64,000 bases of DNA, from IMG/VR virus record IMGVR_UViG_3300017963_000029, positions 1 to 64,000 of that record; one strand, 5' to 3'. The notes beneath the pieces are model-generated. The model was not told where the DNA came from and did no database searches. It saw only the letters and a program-made list of their open reading frames with translations. Position 1 is the stretch's first letter, and every line of letters begins with the position of its first letter. This DNA is from a virus. The position numbers and the translations under genes are program-made. This document shows positions 27,560-36,640 of the stretch, one piece after another.

Positions 27560-27945
27560 TGCCCTTCCTCCCCTCCAAGAAATGGATCAAGACACGCGCC
27601 GCGTGGCGTGGGGCGGTGTTGGCTCAGATCCGGGAGTGGGCCGAAGACCGGGGCGACCTCTACGACAAGGCCACGCACAACGTGGCTGTGCGCCGCCTGG
27701 AGCGGTTGGAGATGCTCGAACGCGTCCTGCGTCCGAAGGAGCACTTCAAGCTGGGTTGGCCATATGATCCTGCCGACGCGGCGGCGATGATCGTGTTGCC
27801 CCGGCGGAAAGCTAGAAAGTTGGCGCACTCCTTCTTCGGGGAGCAAGTATACGAAAACGGAAAACCCGTAGACGTCGACTACGATGTCGCGGACGCGTGG
27901 TTGAAGAAGTTCAACCTCGACTGGTTCGATCCGGGGGAGTACTGA
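27559..27945 (+). CDS. Hypothetical protein
   Basis: TGATG coupling on both sides. Confidence 0.6.
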   Translation: MPFLPSKKWIKTRAAWRGAVLAQIREWAEDRGDLYDKATHNVAVRRLERLEMLERVLRPKEHFKLGWPYDPADAAAMIVLPRRKARKLAHSFFGEQVYENGKPVDVDYDVADAWLKKFNLDWFDPGEY

Positions 27946-28496
27946 TGCGACCATATCCTCAACAACGTGAGCAGATCTACCTGGGAGGCCTCGAGGCCGT
28001 GCGCCGGCGGCGCCGGAAGGTCTGCACGTCGCGCCGGTACAAGTATGCCTGGATGCGGATCGAACCCTGCGTCGAGATGCCCGAGAGCGACGAAGAGGTC
28101 CCGAAGATCGTCTCGTCGAAAGCCGCCAACGAGTTTATCCACGAGGCGGTGCCTTTCGCCGGCAGACCTGGTGAACACTTCATGGTGGTGTGCCTGAACA
28201 ACAAGAACGTGCCCATCGCGGTGGCGGTGCCCTTCATCGGCGGGCGCAACTCCTCCGTGGTCGACAAGTCCATCGTCTTCCAGGCAGTGCTGCTCGCCGG
28301 GTCGGTGGCATTCTTCGTTGCGCACAACCACCCGAGCAACGAGACCACCCCAAGCCCGGAAGACGTTGCGCTGTCGCGGAGCCTGAAAAGGGCCTCCGAG
28401 CTTCTGGGTCTTACCTTCCTCGACTCGCTGGTCGTCACCGACGACCCCGGCGAGTACGCGAGCCTGCTCGACATGGGGTTGCTGAGCGGCGAATAA
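27945..28496 (+). CDS. JAB/MPN (RadC-like) domain protein
   Basis: EHFMVVCLN...AHNHPS..PSPED...FLDSLVV. Confidence 0.88.
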   Translation: MRPYPQQREQIYLGGLEAVRRRRRKVCTSRRYKYAWMRIEPCVEMPESDEEVPKIVSSKAANEFIHEAVPFAGRPGEHFMVVCLNNKNVPIAVAVPFIGGRNSSVVDKSIVFQAVLLAGSVAFFVAHNHPSNETTPSPEDVALSRSLKRASELLGLTFLDSLVVTDDPGEYASLLDMGLLSGE

Positions 28497-28522
28497 TAAC
28501 CCTCACAGGTCAGGAGAAAGAG

Positions 28523-28825
28523 ATGCCACCTTCAAAGAGAATACCCACCAGAGCGACCCGGGAGTTCGTCGCGGCCCTGCAGGAGTTCACCGCTGCCACC
28601 CTGAAGCTCGACGAAGCCTGGCAGAAAGCATGGGAGGATCTAGCTCCGGATTACGGTGCAGAAGGATACCCCGAGAGCTTCAAGGGCAGCTTCGAGGACA
28701 TCTCGCTTGAGGTCATCTGGTGGAAAGAAGCCCAGGAGTTGGTCAACAACATCCCGCACAAGTACCCCCGGCCCAACCCGCGCATCGGGATGCAGACGTT
28801 GAAGATGAGAGGACGACAGCGTTAA
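28523..28825 (+). CDS. Hypothetical protein
   Basis: CAGGAGAAAGAGATG start context. Confidence 0.6.
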   Translation: MPPSKRIPTRATREFVAALQEFTAATLKLDEAWQKAWEDLAPDYGAEGYPESFKGSFEDISLEVIWWKEAQELVNNIPHKYPRPNPRIGMQTLKMRGRQR

Positions 28826-28911
28826 CCCCACCCTGTGCCGACCGTATCAGTGTTCCGGGATTGGGGATGTACCCGACCACCACGGCCGGCACGGGTCACC
28901 TCCTCCATAGC

Positions 28912-28945
28912 AAAAACGGCTCCCCCGCACCATACGGAGGAGCCG
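28912..28945 (-). terminator. Rho-independent terminator
   Basis: 11-bp stem (one G-U pair) followed by TTTTT on the - strand. Confidence 0.6.
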
Positions 28946-28985
28946 CTGCGACAATCACAAAACCGTAGAGCCTGCAGCCTACCAC

Positions 28986-29026
28986 AAAAGCGAAGGCCCC
29001 GCACACCGCTCGAGTACGGGGCCTTC
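28986..29026 (-). terminator. Rho-independent terminator
   Basis: GAAGGCCCCG/CGGGGCCTTC stem followed by GCTTTT on the - strand. Confidence 0.6.
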
Positions 29027-29108
29027 TGTACCGGAACCCGCGCCCTCTTCTGTCCGGGGGAGGGGGCGGAAAACCACTGTGACAGGGCAACTGTAGCGCG
29101 AGACGCGC

Positions 29109-29741
29109 TTACAGTCCATGTTCCTGCCGCCACTCCTCGCACGAGCCCCACGGGATGCACTGGTAAGGTGTCGCCGGATGCCCGGGTAATCTGGGTGTCG
29201 TGGTGAGATCGACGTGGCTACATTCCTCTCCTGCCGCCGCTTTCGTCTCCGAACAGTAGTGCAACGACCCCGTGAAAGCGGTCTGGAAACACCAGTACCC
29301 GTCCGGACAATCCCCCTGATCGACGCCGACGCACTCCCGGCACTGGGCCTCTTCTTCCTGCGCGTCCGGTCCCGCATCCGGTCCCGCATCCTCGACCGCC
29401 GCGTCCCCGGCATCGGTCCCGCCGTCCGAGCCCGCATCCGGTAGATCAGCGTCTCTCCCCCCGTCGAGCTCGTGTTCTCCGCCGGTACCACCGGCTCCCC
29501 CGGTCCCGCCGGCGGTACCCGCGGTGGAGGAATCGCCGCGCTCGATCGCCGCGTCCTCTCCACCGTTGCCGCCGCCCTCCCCGGCCCCGCCGGCACCACC
29601 GGTGGCACCATCGTCGCGCGCGACCGCCCCATCCTCCATCCCCGCATCGTCGGTGCCGCCATCCGGGTGTGGACCCACGAAGATCGGCCCGTGCGAGCAC
29701 GCCGCCAGGGCGACCACCATCACCACCATTTTTACCCTCAT
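29109..29741 (-). CDS. Myxobacterial-type lipoprotein with DAG/GG low-complexity linker and Cys-rich C-terminal domain
   Basis: Signal peptide with lipobox ALAA-C; DAGPDAG/DGG repeats; Cys-rich tail; GGAGG RBS. Confidence 0.7.
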   Translation of the reverse strand: MRVKMVVMVVALAACSHGPIFVGPHPDGGTDDAGMEDGAVARDDGATGGAGGAGEGGGNGGEDAAIERGDSSTAGTAGGTGGAGGTGGEHELDGGRDADLPDAGSDGGTDAGDAAVEDAGPDAGPDAQEEEAQCRECVGVDQGDCPDGYWCFQTAFTGSLHYCSETKAAAGEECSHVDLTTTPRLPGHPATPYQCIPWGSCEEWRQEHGL

Positions 29742-29826
29742 TTTGACCCTCCGGTTTTCAACATTACTGTAAATTAAGGCTCTACTTAAGACGGACTCTG
29801 GTTTTTGAGCACCTATTCACCATTTA

Positions 29827-30185
29827 CGTGCCGCATGTGCCGCGAAACCCATGTAAGTATTTTCTTACGTGCCGCAAGTGCCACGCCGCGGCACTTGCGC
29901 GGCACTTGCGCGGCACTTGCGCGGCAGGTCTTTATTTTGTAATAACATACGTTTATCTAATTGCGGCACATGCGGCACATCAATTTCAGCTCTTCACAAA
30001 ATTTGATCTTCGAAATTCAATTTAAATTACCGTGTATAAGGAACGTGCCGCATGTGTCGCAATTAGATAACCTAGTGAAATTGTTGTAGAAGTACCTGCC
30101 GCGCAAGTGCCGCGCAAGTGCCGCGCAAGTGCCGCGGGCACACAAACGTATTAACGATGTATACATGCCGCAAGTGCCGCGGGCA
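29827..30185. repeat. Nested inverted repeat with GTGCCGC iterons around an AT-rich core; putative replication origin
   Basis: Perfect 44-bp IR (29886-29929 / 30094-30137) built of 11-bp tandem units; 26-bp IR with 1 mismatch (29953-29978 / 30045-30070); AT-rich 66-bp centre. Confidence 0.9.
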
Positions 30186-30194
30186 GCTTTAAAT

Positions 30195-32672
30195 TCAGTT
30201 GAGCTTGAAATCTCCGGGGTCATTCGGATCCCCTTGCTGGGCCTTTATGAGACGGGCCTTCGGAGATGATTCGTGCCTCTCCTGCGGGGTCTTGATCCGG
30301 AGTCCGAGAAAGCCTCTGACGCCACTGTGCAGCTTGTGGTCCGGGTATCGCTTGCGCATGGCGACGTAGAACCTCTTGCGCTGATGGAAGACCTTATTAC
30401 GGCTGTCCTCCGCGTACTCGAGGTAGGCCGCCCAGGCGATGTCGCGCGGTACGAAAAGCTCCGGACCCTCGATGAACCACTGGTCGATGAAGGGCTGCAG
30501 AGGGTCCTGCTCGCGGCGGTAGTCTTCGGTCGCCATCTCCACCGCCTCCGGGGTGGGAAGACCTTTCTCGCGCCACAGGACGGCCTCGCGCGCGATGCGG
30601 GTCCAGATGCCCGGGATCTCCTGGCGGAGCTTCTGAGGGAGATCTCGGTCCTCCTTGCCGCGAAACGAGGCGTTCCACGGGATGACCTTGAGCCGGCGCC
30701 AGATGCCCTCGTCGGTACCGCGGACGTGCGGCAGCTGGTTGGCGCTCACCCAGAGTTGATATTCGGGCACGTAGGTCCACTCGTCCTCGCGCATCTTCCT
30801 GCCGGTGATGGGGTCGCTGCCGGTGAGTTCCTTGATCAGCGACTCCGCGAGCGCCTTCCCCTCCTCCACCTCCTGGGCGGTCACGAGCCTCTTGCCGAAG
30901 AACGACATCCGCCACGTCTCGTGCTTCTCGGCACCCTTGTTGGTGAGCAGATTTTTGCTGTTGGCGGCGAAGGCGTAACCGCCGATACCAATGCCGAAAG
31001 CCTCGATGATAGCGTTCATGAAGGTGGTCTTACCGTTGGCGCCTTCACCGATGTTGAGGACCAGGATCTGCTCCGTGGTCACCCCTACGGCGGTGTAGCC
31101 GAGCAAGCGCCAGATAAAATCCACCAGACCGCGGTTACCCTGCATGCACTCGGACAGGAATCGGTCGAAGGTCGGGCAGGTGGCATTCGGGTCGAACTTG
31201 TGCGGCGCGAGGCGCGTGATGTAGTCCTTGCGGTTGTGCTCGCGCAGCTGCCCGGTGCGAAGGTCGAGCGTACCATTCAGGAAGTTGAACACCCACGGAT
31301 CCCTGTTCAGCTGGGTATATGAAATGAGAATGTCTCGGTCGGTGGCGGCGAGAGCGGCGCCGGCCGAGACCTTGTTGCGCGTCTCGCTCTGCTTGGCGAA
31401 CTTCAGGATCTCCTCGATTATTTTGTCGAGCCGTTTGTACTTCTCCTCCGCCAGGTCCATTACTTCCGGACTGACGTTAGGATCTTCATTTAATTTTTCA
31501 AACTCTTTTTTGGCGATCCACCGGTCGTGTCGAAATGCGTCAGCCTCTTCCGGGATGGAGCGCACGGTTTCTTTCATGTGCTCCTGGACCAGCGCGCGGC
31601 CGGCCTCGAGGTTCCAGAAGGCCCCCTCCCAAACCAACCACCTCTGCCACGTCTCCTCCCATGCCAGATCTTTCTTGTGCCGATCGAGCAGCCGCTCTCC
31701 GAGCCCCATTTCGGTCAGGGGTCGGCTCTTTATCTCGTCGATCTTCGGCGGGTACCAGGGGCGCCCCTTGCCGTCCTCGATGGCACCCTCCACCTCCTCG
31801 ATGGCTTTTTCGCGGTACGCCGGCACCGCCGGGTCGTGGGTGTTGCGGTTGTAGCGGTAGTCGAGCGCCGCGATGACCATCTCCCGCACCCGTTTCTCTT
31901 CGATGAGGTGGGGGATGCCGCGAGCGATACCAAAAACGCCATGGCTCTTCAGGTCGTAGAGCTCGCCGGGGAAGGGTCGGTCGCGTATCTCGTCGCAGAG
32001 ATTATGTAATTTGGCGTCCCAGTAGTCTCGCAGGCCCTCTGTTATCTCGCCGCGGTCTTCCTCCGACAGGCTTTCCTCGTAGTTGTCGAGCGGTTTTTCT
32101 TTCATCCCTTCCGGGAGGGGCAGGCCGAGGACCATGTCCACGCCCAGCCCGGGGCCATCTTCACCGGAAACGCTGTATCGCGCCGGGTCACCACCGGGCT
32201 GGTAGAACATGTGGCAGGGGTCGGCGCACTTCTCGTCCGCGATGCCGTTCAGGCCGAAGTAGTACAGCGCCCGCACAAAGAACGCCGGCCACTCGGTGAT
32301 GTCGACGGACCGGGATAACTTCACGATAATGCGGACTTTCAGCTGTCCCTGCGGCTCGTGGCTGAAGCTCGTATAGAGGATGTAGCCGTACTGTGCCACC
32401 TGCTTGAGCGTGGGCTCCAGATCTTTCCAGGTACCCTTGTCGACGTCGAACACCAGAAAGTGGTTGCGCAGGACGTTTACCGCGCAACGCCGGACGCCGG
32501 CTTCGGCGTACTCCGCCGACATGAAAAGTGGAAGTTGTTCCTTATATTCCGCCGGTATGAATGTGTCTTTCTTGAGGAATTTCTCTACCAGCGCGCCGAA
32601 GTCAGGCAGCGTTACCTGGTAGTTGACGAATCTGGAGTTGGAGACACAGGCACAACCGGAGAAAATTATCAC
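30195..32672 (-). CDS. Primase-helicase (N-terminal primase-like domain, D5_N, P4-family SF3 ATPase)
   Basis: VFDVD...YTSFSH (primase-like); NFLNGTLDLRTGQLREH; Walker A GEGANGKTT; IKELTGSD; DEGIWRRL. Exact start uncertain. Confidence 0.92.
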   Translation of the reverse strand: MIIFSGCACVSNSRFVNYQVTLPDFGALVEKFLKKDTFIPAEYKEQLPLFMSAEYAEAGVRRCAVNVLRNHFLVFDVDKGTWKDLEPTLKQVAQYGYILYTSFSHEPQGQLKVRIIVKLSRSVDITEWPAFFVRALYYFGLNGIADEKCADPCHMFYQPGGDPARYSVSGEDGPGLGVDMVLGLPLPEGMKEKPLDNYEESLSEEDRGEITEGLRDYWDAKLHNLCDEIRDRPFPGELYDLKSHGVFGIARGIPHLIEEKRVREMVIAALDYRYNRNTHDPAVPAYREKAIEEVEGAIEDGKGRPWYPPKIDEIKSRPLTEMGLGERLLDRHKKDLAWEETWQRWLVWEGAFWNLEAGRALVQEHMKETVRSIPEEADAFRHDRWIAKKEFEKLNEDPNVSPEVMDLAEEKYKRLDKIIEEILKFAKQSETRNKVSAGAALAATDRDILISYTQLNRDPWVFNFLNGTLDLRTGQLREHNRKDYITRLAPHKFDPNATCPTFDRFLSECMQGNRGLVDFIWRLLGYTAVGVTTEQILVLNIGEGANGKTTFMNAIIEAFGIGIGGYAFAANSKNLLTNKGAEKHETWRMSFFGKRLVTAQEVEEGKALAESLIKELTGSDPITGRKMREDEWTYVPEYQLWVSANQLPHVRGTDEGIWRRLKVIPWNASFRGKEDRDLPQKLRQEIPGIWTRIAREAVLWREKGLPTPEAVEMATEDYRREQDPLQPFIDQWFIEGPELFVPRDIAWAAYLEYAEDSRNKVFHQRKRFYVAMRKRYPDHKLHSGVRGFLGLRIKTPQERHESSPKARLIKAQQGDPNDPGDFKLN

Positions 32673-32953
32673 AGGGCTCCCCTACGCGGCGGTACCAACC
32701 AGGATTACGCGTATAGAAAACTCTCGTCAAGATTTTTCGCTAACGAAAATTAAAAACACCACCCCTTGTGGCGTGTTACCGGGCGTAACACAAAAAAGAG
32801 CCCATCGAGATGACCGGGGTTGCGCTAGTAGGAATCGATCACACAAGATGGGCTGGGGATGTCTTTTGCTTGTTATCGTTGTTTTTTGTAGTGCCTCGTT
32901 AGCGTGTGCGGCTACGTATACGATGGCAGATGACGTTTTTTCGCGCAAGTGTC

Positions 32954-32982
32954 TTGACAGGCTATTTACGTAAGCGCAAATT
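32954..32982 (+). promoter_or_regulatory. Promoter candidate for the early/replication operon
   Basis: Consensus TTGACA, 17 bp, then a weak -10 (CAAATT), just upstream of the AGGAG RBS of 33006. Confidence 0.35.
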
Positions 32983-33005
32983 CACCGGTGCTAGTAGGAG
33001 ACCAG

Positions 33006-34340
33006 ATGCCGCTCGATGCTACCGCGCAAAAGCACTGGCTGAGCGCGACACAACACGATACCTATCAGCTTTGCCCTAGAAAATGGGGGTGGGAGAAGCT
33101 CGACGGCATCAAAAAGCCTCGTAATAAGTATGCAGATAGGGGAGATGCCATCCACGGGTTGCTGGAGAACTGGCTCGAGCGCGGGACACCCATCGATACC
33201 TCCACCGACTACGGGAAGATGGTGGTGCCGGGGTTGAAGTACCTTCCACCACCGGGGGCGGGGCTCGTGGAGAAGCGGTTCAAGTTTCAGACCGAGACAG
33301 CCATTTACGTGGGGAAGTGGGATCTTCTGCAACAGTTTCAGCGGGAGCTTCATCTCACCAGGATAATAGATCACAAGACCACCGGTAACTTCAAATGGGT
33401 CAAGCCCGCTCACATATTGAAGAGCAACGTGCAGGCGATTTTGTATGCTGTAGCCGGTATTGTCTGCGAGCCTGTCCCCGAGGACCGCGACAAGCTGTTT
33501 CTGGAGTTGAGTTGGATATACTACCTGACCAGCGCCACCAATCCGGGAGCTCGTAAGGTAACCGTTTACGTGGTACCCGATGGAAAATCGTTGCGAGAGA
33601 TGGATGGGTATTTGCCGGGGTCGTTCAATCCGTCGAGCGGTCTGATGGATTTGACGTTTCATTCAGACGTGATGGAGGAGTTTGCCCGGATAGAAACGGT
33701 TTCCCGGGAGATGCTCGATCATCATCGTATGGGGAGGAAGGCTATTGACCTGGAGTATCGGGTCGCGGGTTGTGAAGCATTCGGGGGGTGTCCTTACCTG
33801 GATACCCACTGCAAACTGACACCACAAGAAAAAATAAGAGGATACATGGAACAGCAAAGTGCAGCAGACAAGATGAGAGCAGCCAGGCAACAACAGGAAG
33901 AGCGCGCCGCAGCAGAAACGCCCTCCGCGACACCTTCGCCAGCTACGGGTGGAGGAGAAGAGGTTACGATGGCGGCCAAGATGCGCGCGGCCAAGTCTGC
34001 CACCACCGAGGCCAGCCCCGACGTGGTGGAGGGGGCGGCAGCGGCCACCGCCGAGACCGCCGCAGAGGTGCAGAGCAAGCCGCCGGCCGTCAATCCTCCC
34101 GGCGAGGCTGACGCCAAGCCGTCCGAGAAGCCGATGGACCCGGCGATGGCAGCGGAAGCACGAAAAGTCATCGATGGTGCCGGTACCAAGGTATCGGGTC
34201 GCCTGCGTATGGCCGGGAACATCGCCAGCGGCATCATCGGAGCGAGGCTTTTCGTTCACAGCGCCCCCGATTACGCAAAAAGTGTAGGGGATCTCGCGCT
34301 CAAGATCACGGACGCCATCATCGCCGCCGCGAAGAAGTAG
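33006..34340 (+). CDS. Cas4/RecB-like PD-(D/E)XK nuclease with low-complexity C-terminal tail
   Basis: LSATQ...CPRKW; GKWDL...IIDHKT; Q...Y; C-terminal CEAFGGCPY...C (Fe-S ligand pattern). Confidence 0.85.
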   Translation: MPLDATAQKHWLSATQHDTYQLCPRKWGWEKLDGIKKPRNKYADRGDAIHGLLENWLERGTPIDTSTDYGKMVVPGLKYLPPPGAGLVEKRFKFQTETAIYVGKWDLLQQFQRELHLTRIIDHKTTGNFKWVKPAHILKSNVQAILYAVAGIVCEPVPEDRDKLFLELSWIYYLTSATNPGARKVTVYVVPDGKSLREMDGYLPGSFNPSSGLMDLTFHSDVMEEFARIETVSREMLDHHRMGRKAIDLEYRVAGCEAFGGCPYLDTHCKLTPQEKIRGYMEQQSAADKMRAARQQQEERAAAETPSATPSPATGGGEEVTMAAKMRAAKSATTEASPDVVEGAAAATAETAAEVQSKPPAVNPPGEADAKPSEKPMDPAMAAEARKVIDGAGTKVSGRLRMAGNIASGIIGARLFVHSAPDYAKSVGDLALKITDAIIAAAKK

Positions 34341-36157
34341 TGAACGCTTTGACCGACATCTCCCCGGACAAGCTCCTGAAGCTGCGGCGCCGCCTGGGCC
34401 GCAGCTTCAAGGAGGAGATCTCCGACACTCCGGAGTTGAAGCGGATAATCGAGCTTCCGCGACGGATCTGGCAGGAGGAGATCTACGAGGGGATGGACGT
34501 CGAGCAGCTGGTGGTCGCGCTCACCGACTACCTGAAAATACAAGAAGGAGAGCAGGTGCTGCGCCCCGTGCAGGCCAAGGCGTTGCAGGAAGCCCACGAT
34601 ATCGGGGGGCTCTTCGGGCCCATCCCGGTCGGGGACGGGAAGACGTTGATCTCGTTTCTCGTGCCGGTGGCGATGGAGGCCGAGAGGCCTCTGTTGGTGG
34701 TGCCGGCCAAGCTCAGAGAGAAAACGCGTCGGGACTTCCTGGGGCTCGCGGAGCACTGGAAGCGGCATCCACACATCCCGGTGGTGAGTTACGAGAAGAT
34801 CTCCCGGGAGAACGGCACCAGATACCTCGAGGACCTCAATCCGGACCTCATCATCTGCGACGAGGCGCACCGGCTCAGAAACAAGACGGCGGCGGTGACG
34901 AGGCGCTTCAGTCAGTGGATGGAGAAGCATCCCGAGACCCGCATGGTGGCGATGTCGGGCACCATCACCAACCGATCGCTGCTCGACTTCGACCACATTC
35001 TCCGGTGGTGCCTCCCGGCGGAGCTTCAACCGCTACCGCCGCCGTCGATGGAGTTGAACGCCTGGGCCGCCGCAGTGGACGTCATCAAGCCGCGCGAGAA
35101 CCGGATGGCGGCGAATCCGGGGGCCCTGCGCAAGCTCTGTAACGCCGAGGAGCTTCAGCAGGGCCGGGAGGGGGTCCGGAGCGCCGTTCGCCGGCGGTAC
35201 CAGGAGACGCCGGGGGTGGTGGCCTCTCCGGGCCAGGAGGTCGACGCCTCGCTCAACATCGTGCTTTCGCTGGTCGACGGCTACAACGACCGCATCTTGC
35301 AGCTTGCCCATGACCTGAACGGCGACCCTCCTGAAAAACGTGGCAAGAAGCCCAACGGCGAGGTGGTCACCGACCGGGATCTGGCTGTCCGGTGGCAGAT
35401 CTTCCGGTGCCTGACCAGCGGGTTCTGGTACGAGTGGGTGCCGCCTCCGCCGAAGCCCTGGCGGAAGGCGCGCGGAGCCTGGAAAAAGAACGTCCACGAC
35501 ATCCTCGCCCAGGACATCGTGGGGCTCGAGTCGGAGATGCTGGTTGCTCGCGCGGTGGCCGGCGGCGACGAGCGGTGGAACTTCGAGAACGATGTCTACA
35601 AGACTTACGCGGCGTGGAAAGCCGTTCGTGACACTTATGAACCTGATGTGCAGCCGGTCTGGGAGGACGTCCGGATGCTCCACGCCATCCACGAGTGGAC
35701 CCGGACTCACCGGGGCATCATCTGGGTGAGCGAGGTCGCGCTTGGGGAGTGCATCGAGGAGACGATGGGCCTCCCTTACTTTCGCAACCTGGGGCTTAAC
35801 AAGGACAAGCGACCGATAGAAGACGTGGATCCTTCCGAGGGCTGCGTGGTGGCCAGCGTCAGCGCCAACAGTGAGGGGAGGAACTTGCAGGCCTGGGCCG
35901 AGAACCTCGTCATCAGCCCGCCGCCGGACGGCAAGACCTGGCAGCAGCTGCTTGGTCGCACTCACCGCCCGGGACAGGAAGCCGACGAGGTCTGGGTCGA
36001 CGTGTTCATCGGGTGCAAGGTTGAGTGGCAGTGCTTTCAGCAGGCGCTGAGAGACGCGCACTACGCCTCGAAGATGGAGGCATCCAAGAAGCTCACATAC
36101 GCGACGATCGATAGGTTCGAGCCGCCGTGGGGAGAGAACTCGTTGTGGCCGATTTAA
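34340..36157 (+). CDS. Superfamily 2 (SNF2-like) helicase
   Basis: Q-motif LRPVQ; VGDGKT; ICDEAH; MSGT; EGRNLQ; QLLGRTHRPGQ. Confidence 0.9.
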   Translation: MNALTDISPDKLLKLRRRLGRSFKEEISDTPELKRIIELPRRIWQEEIYEGMDVEQLVVALTDYLKIQEGEQVLRPVQAKALQEAHDIGGLFGPIPVGDGKTLISFLVPVAMEAERPLLVVPAKLREKTRRDFLGLAEHWKRHPHIPVVSYEKISRENGTRYLEDLNPDLIICDEAHRLRNKTAAVTRRFSQWMEKHPETRMVAMSGTITNRSLLDFDHILRWCLPAELQPLPPPSMELNAWAAAVDVIKPRENRMAANPGALRKLCNAEELQQGREGVRSAVRRRYQETPGVVASPGQEVDASLNIVLSLVDGYNDRILQLAHDLNGDPPEKRGKKPNGEVVTDRDLAVRWQIFRCLTSGFWYEWVPPPPKPWRKARGAWKKNVHDILAQDIVGLESEMLVARAVAGGDERWNFENDVYKTYAAWKAVRDTYEPDVQPVWEDVRMLHAIHEWTRTHRGIIWVSEVALGECIEETMGLPYFRNLGLNKDKRPIEDVDPSEGCVVASVSANSEGRNLQAWAENLVISPPPDGKTWQQLLGRTHRPGQEADEVWVDVFIGCKVEWQCFQQALRDAHYASKMEASKKLTYATIDRFEPPWGENSLWPI

Positions 36158-36576
36158 CTAAAGAGGATATTCCTAACAAAGTAATTTTATTTGGTCGTGA
36201 ATTGGAATTAGAAATTTTTGATCACGAAAGAGAATGGGAGAGGTATTCTTTTTGGTCTAAATGGGCGGTAGTCAGTACAGATATGACCAGAAAAGTGGAC
36301 GAAGAAGAATACACACAGGAAGAGGATATTTTTAAGTTCAGGTTGGTAGGAAAAACATCAGATTGGGACACTCCTAACGAGGATTTTGATATCGAAATTT
36401 ATGTTGTTTTGTACATATGGGATTGCGCGACTAACCAAGAAATAGAGATCAAATTCATAGGGGATGCGTTTGCTGACACAGTAGATGAAGGAATCGAAAG
36501 AGCAAAAGAACGCATAGAAGAGATACTGAAAGACATCGAAAGTAAAGTAGGGATGTTCAGAGAGGTAATGAAATGA
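36127..36576 (+). CDS. Acidic hypothetical protein (AT-rich gene)
   Basis: ORF spans a conspicuously AT-rich segment; start uncertain. Confidence 0.55.
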   Translation: MGRELVVADLTKEDIPNKVILFGRELELEIFDHEREWERYSFWSKWAVVSTDMTRKVDEEEYTQEEDIFKFRLVGKTSDWDTPNEDFDIEIYVVLYIWDCATNQEIEIKFIGDAFADTVDEGIERAKERIEEILKDIESKVGMFREVMK

Positions 36577-36640
36577 AAATCATCAAACCCAGCTACACCA
36601 TCGAGAAGCTCGACGACATCAAGTCATTCGAGGGATAACC

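Noticed and set aside
29827-30185. CRISPR array or mini-array
   Set aside because: The repeats are abutting 11-mers in inverted orientation with no unique spacers; the nearby Cas4-like gene is a stand-alone phage nuclease with no cas1/cas2.
29828-30223. Small ORFs 29828-30025 and 30017-30223
   Set aside because: They are translations of the inverted iteron array (both read AALARHLRG).
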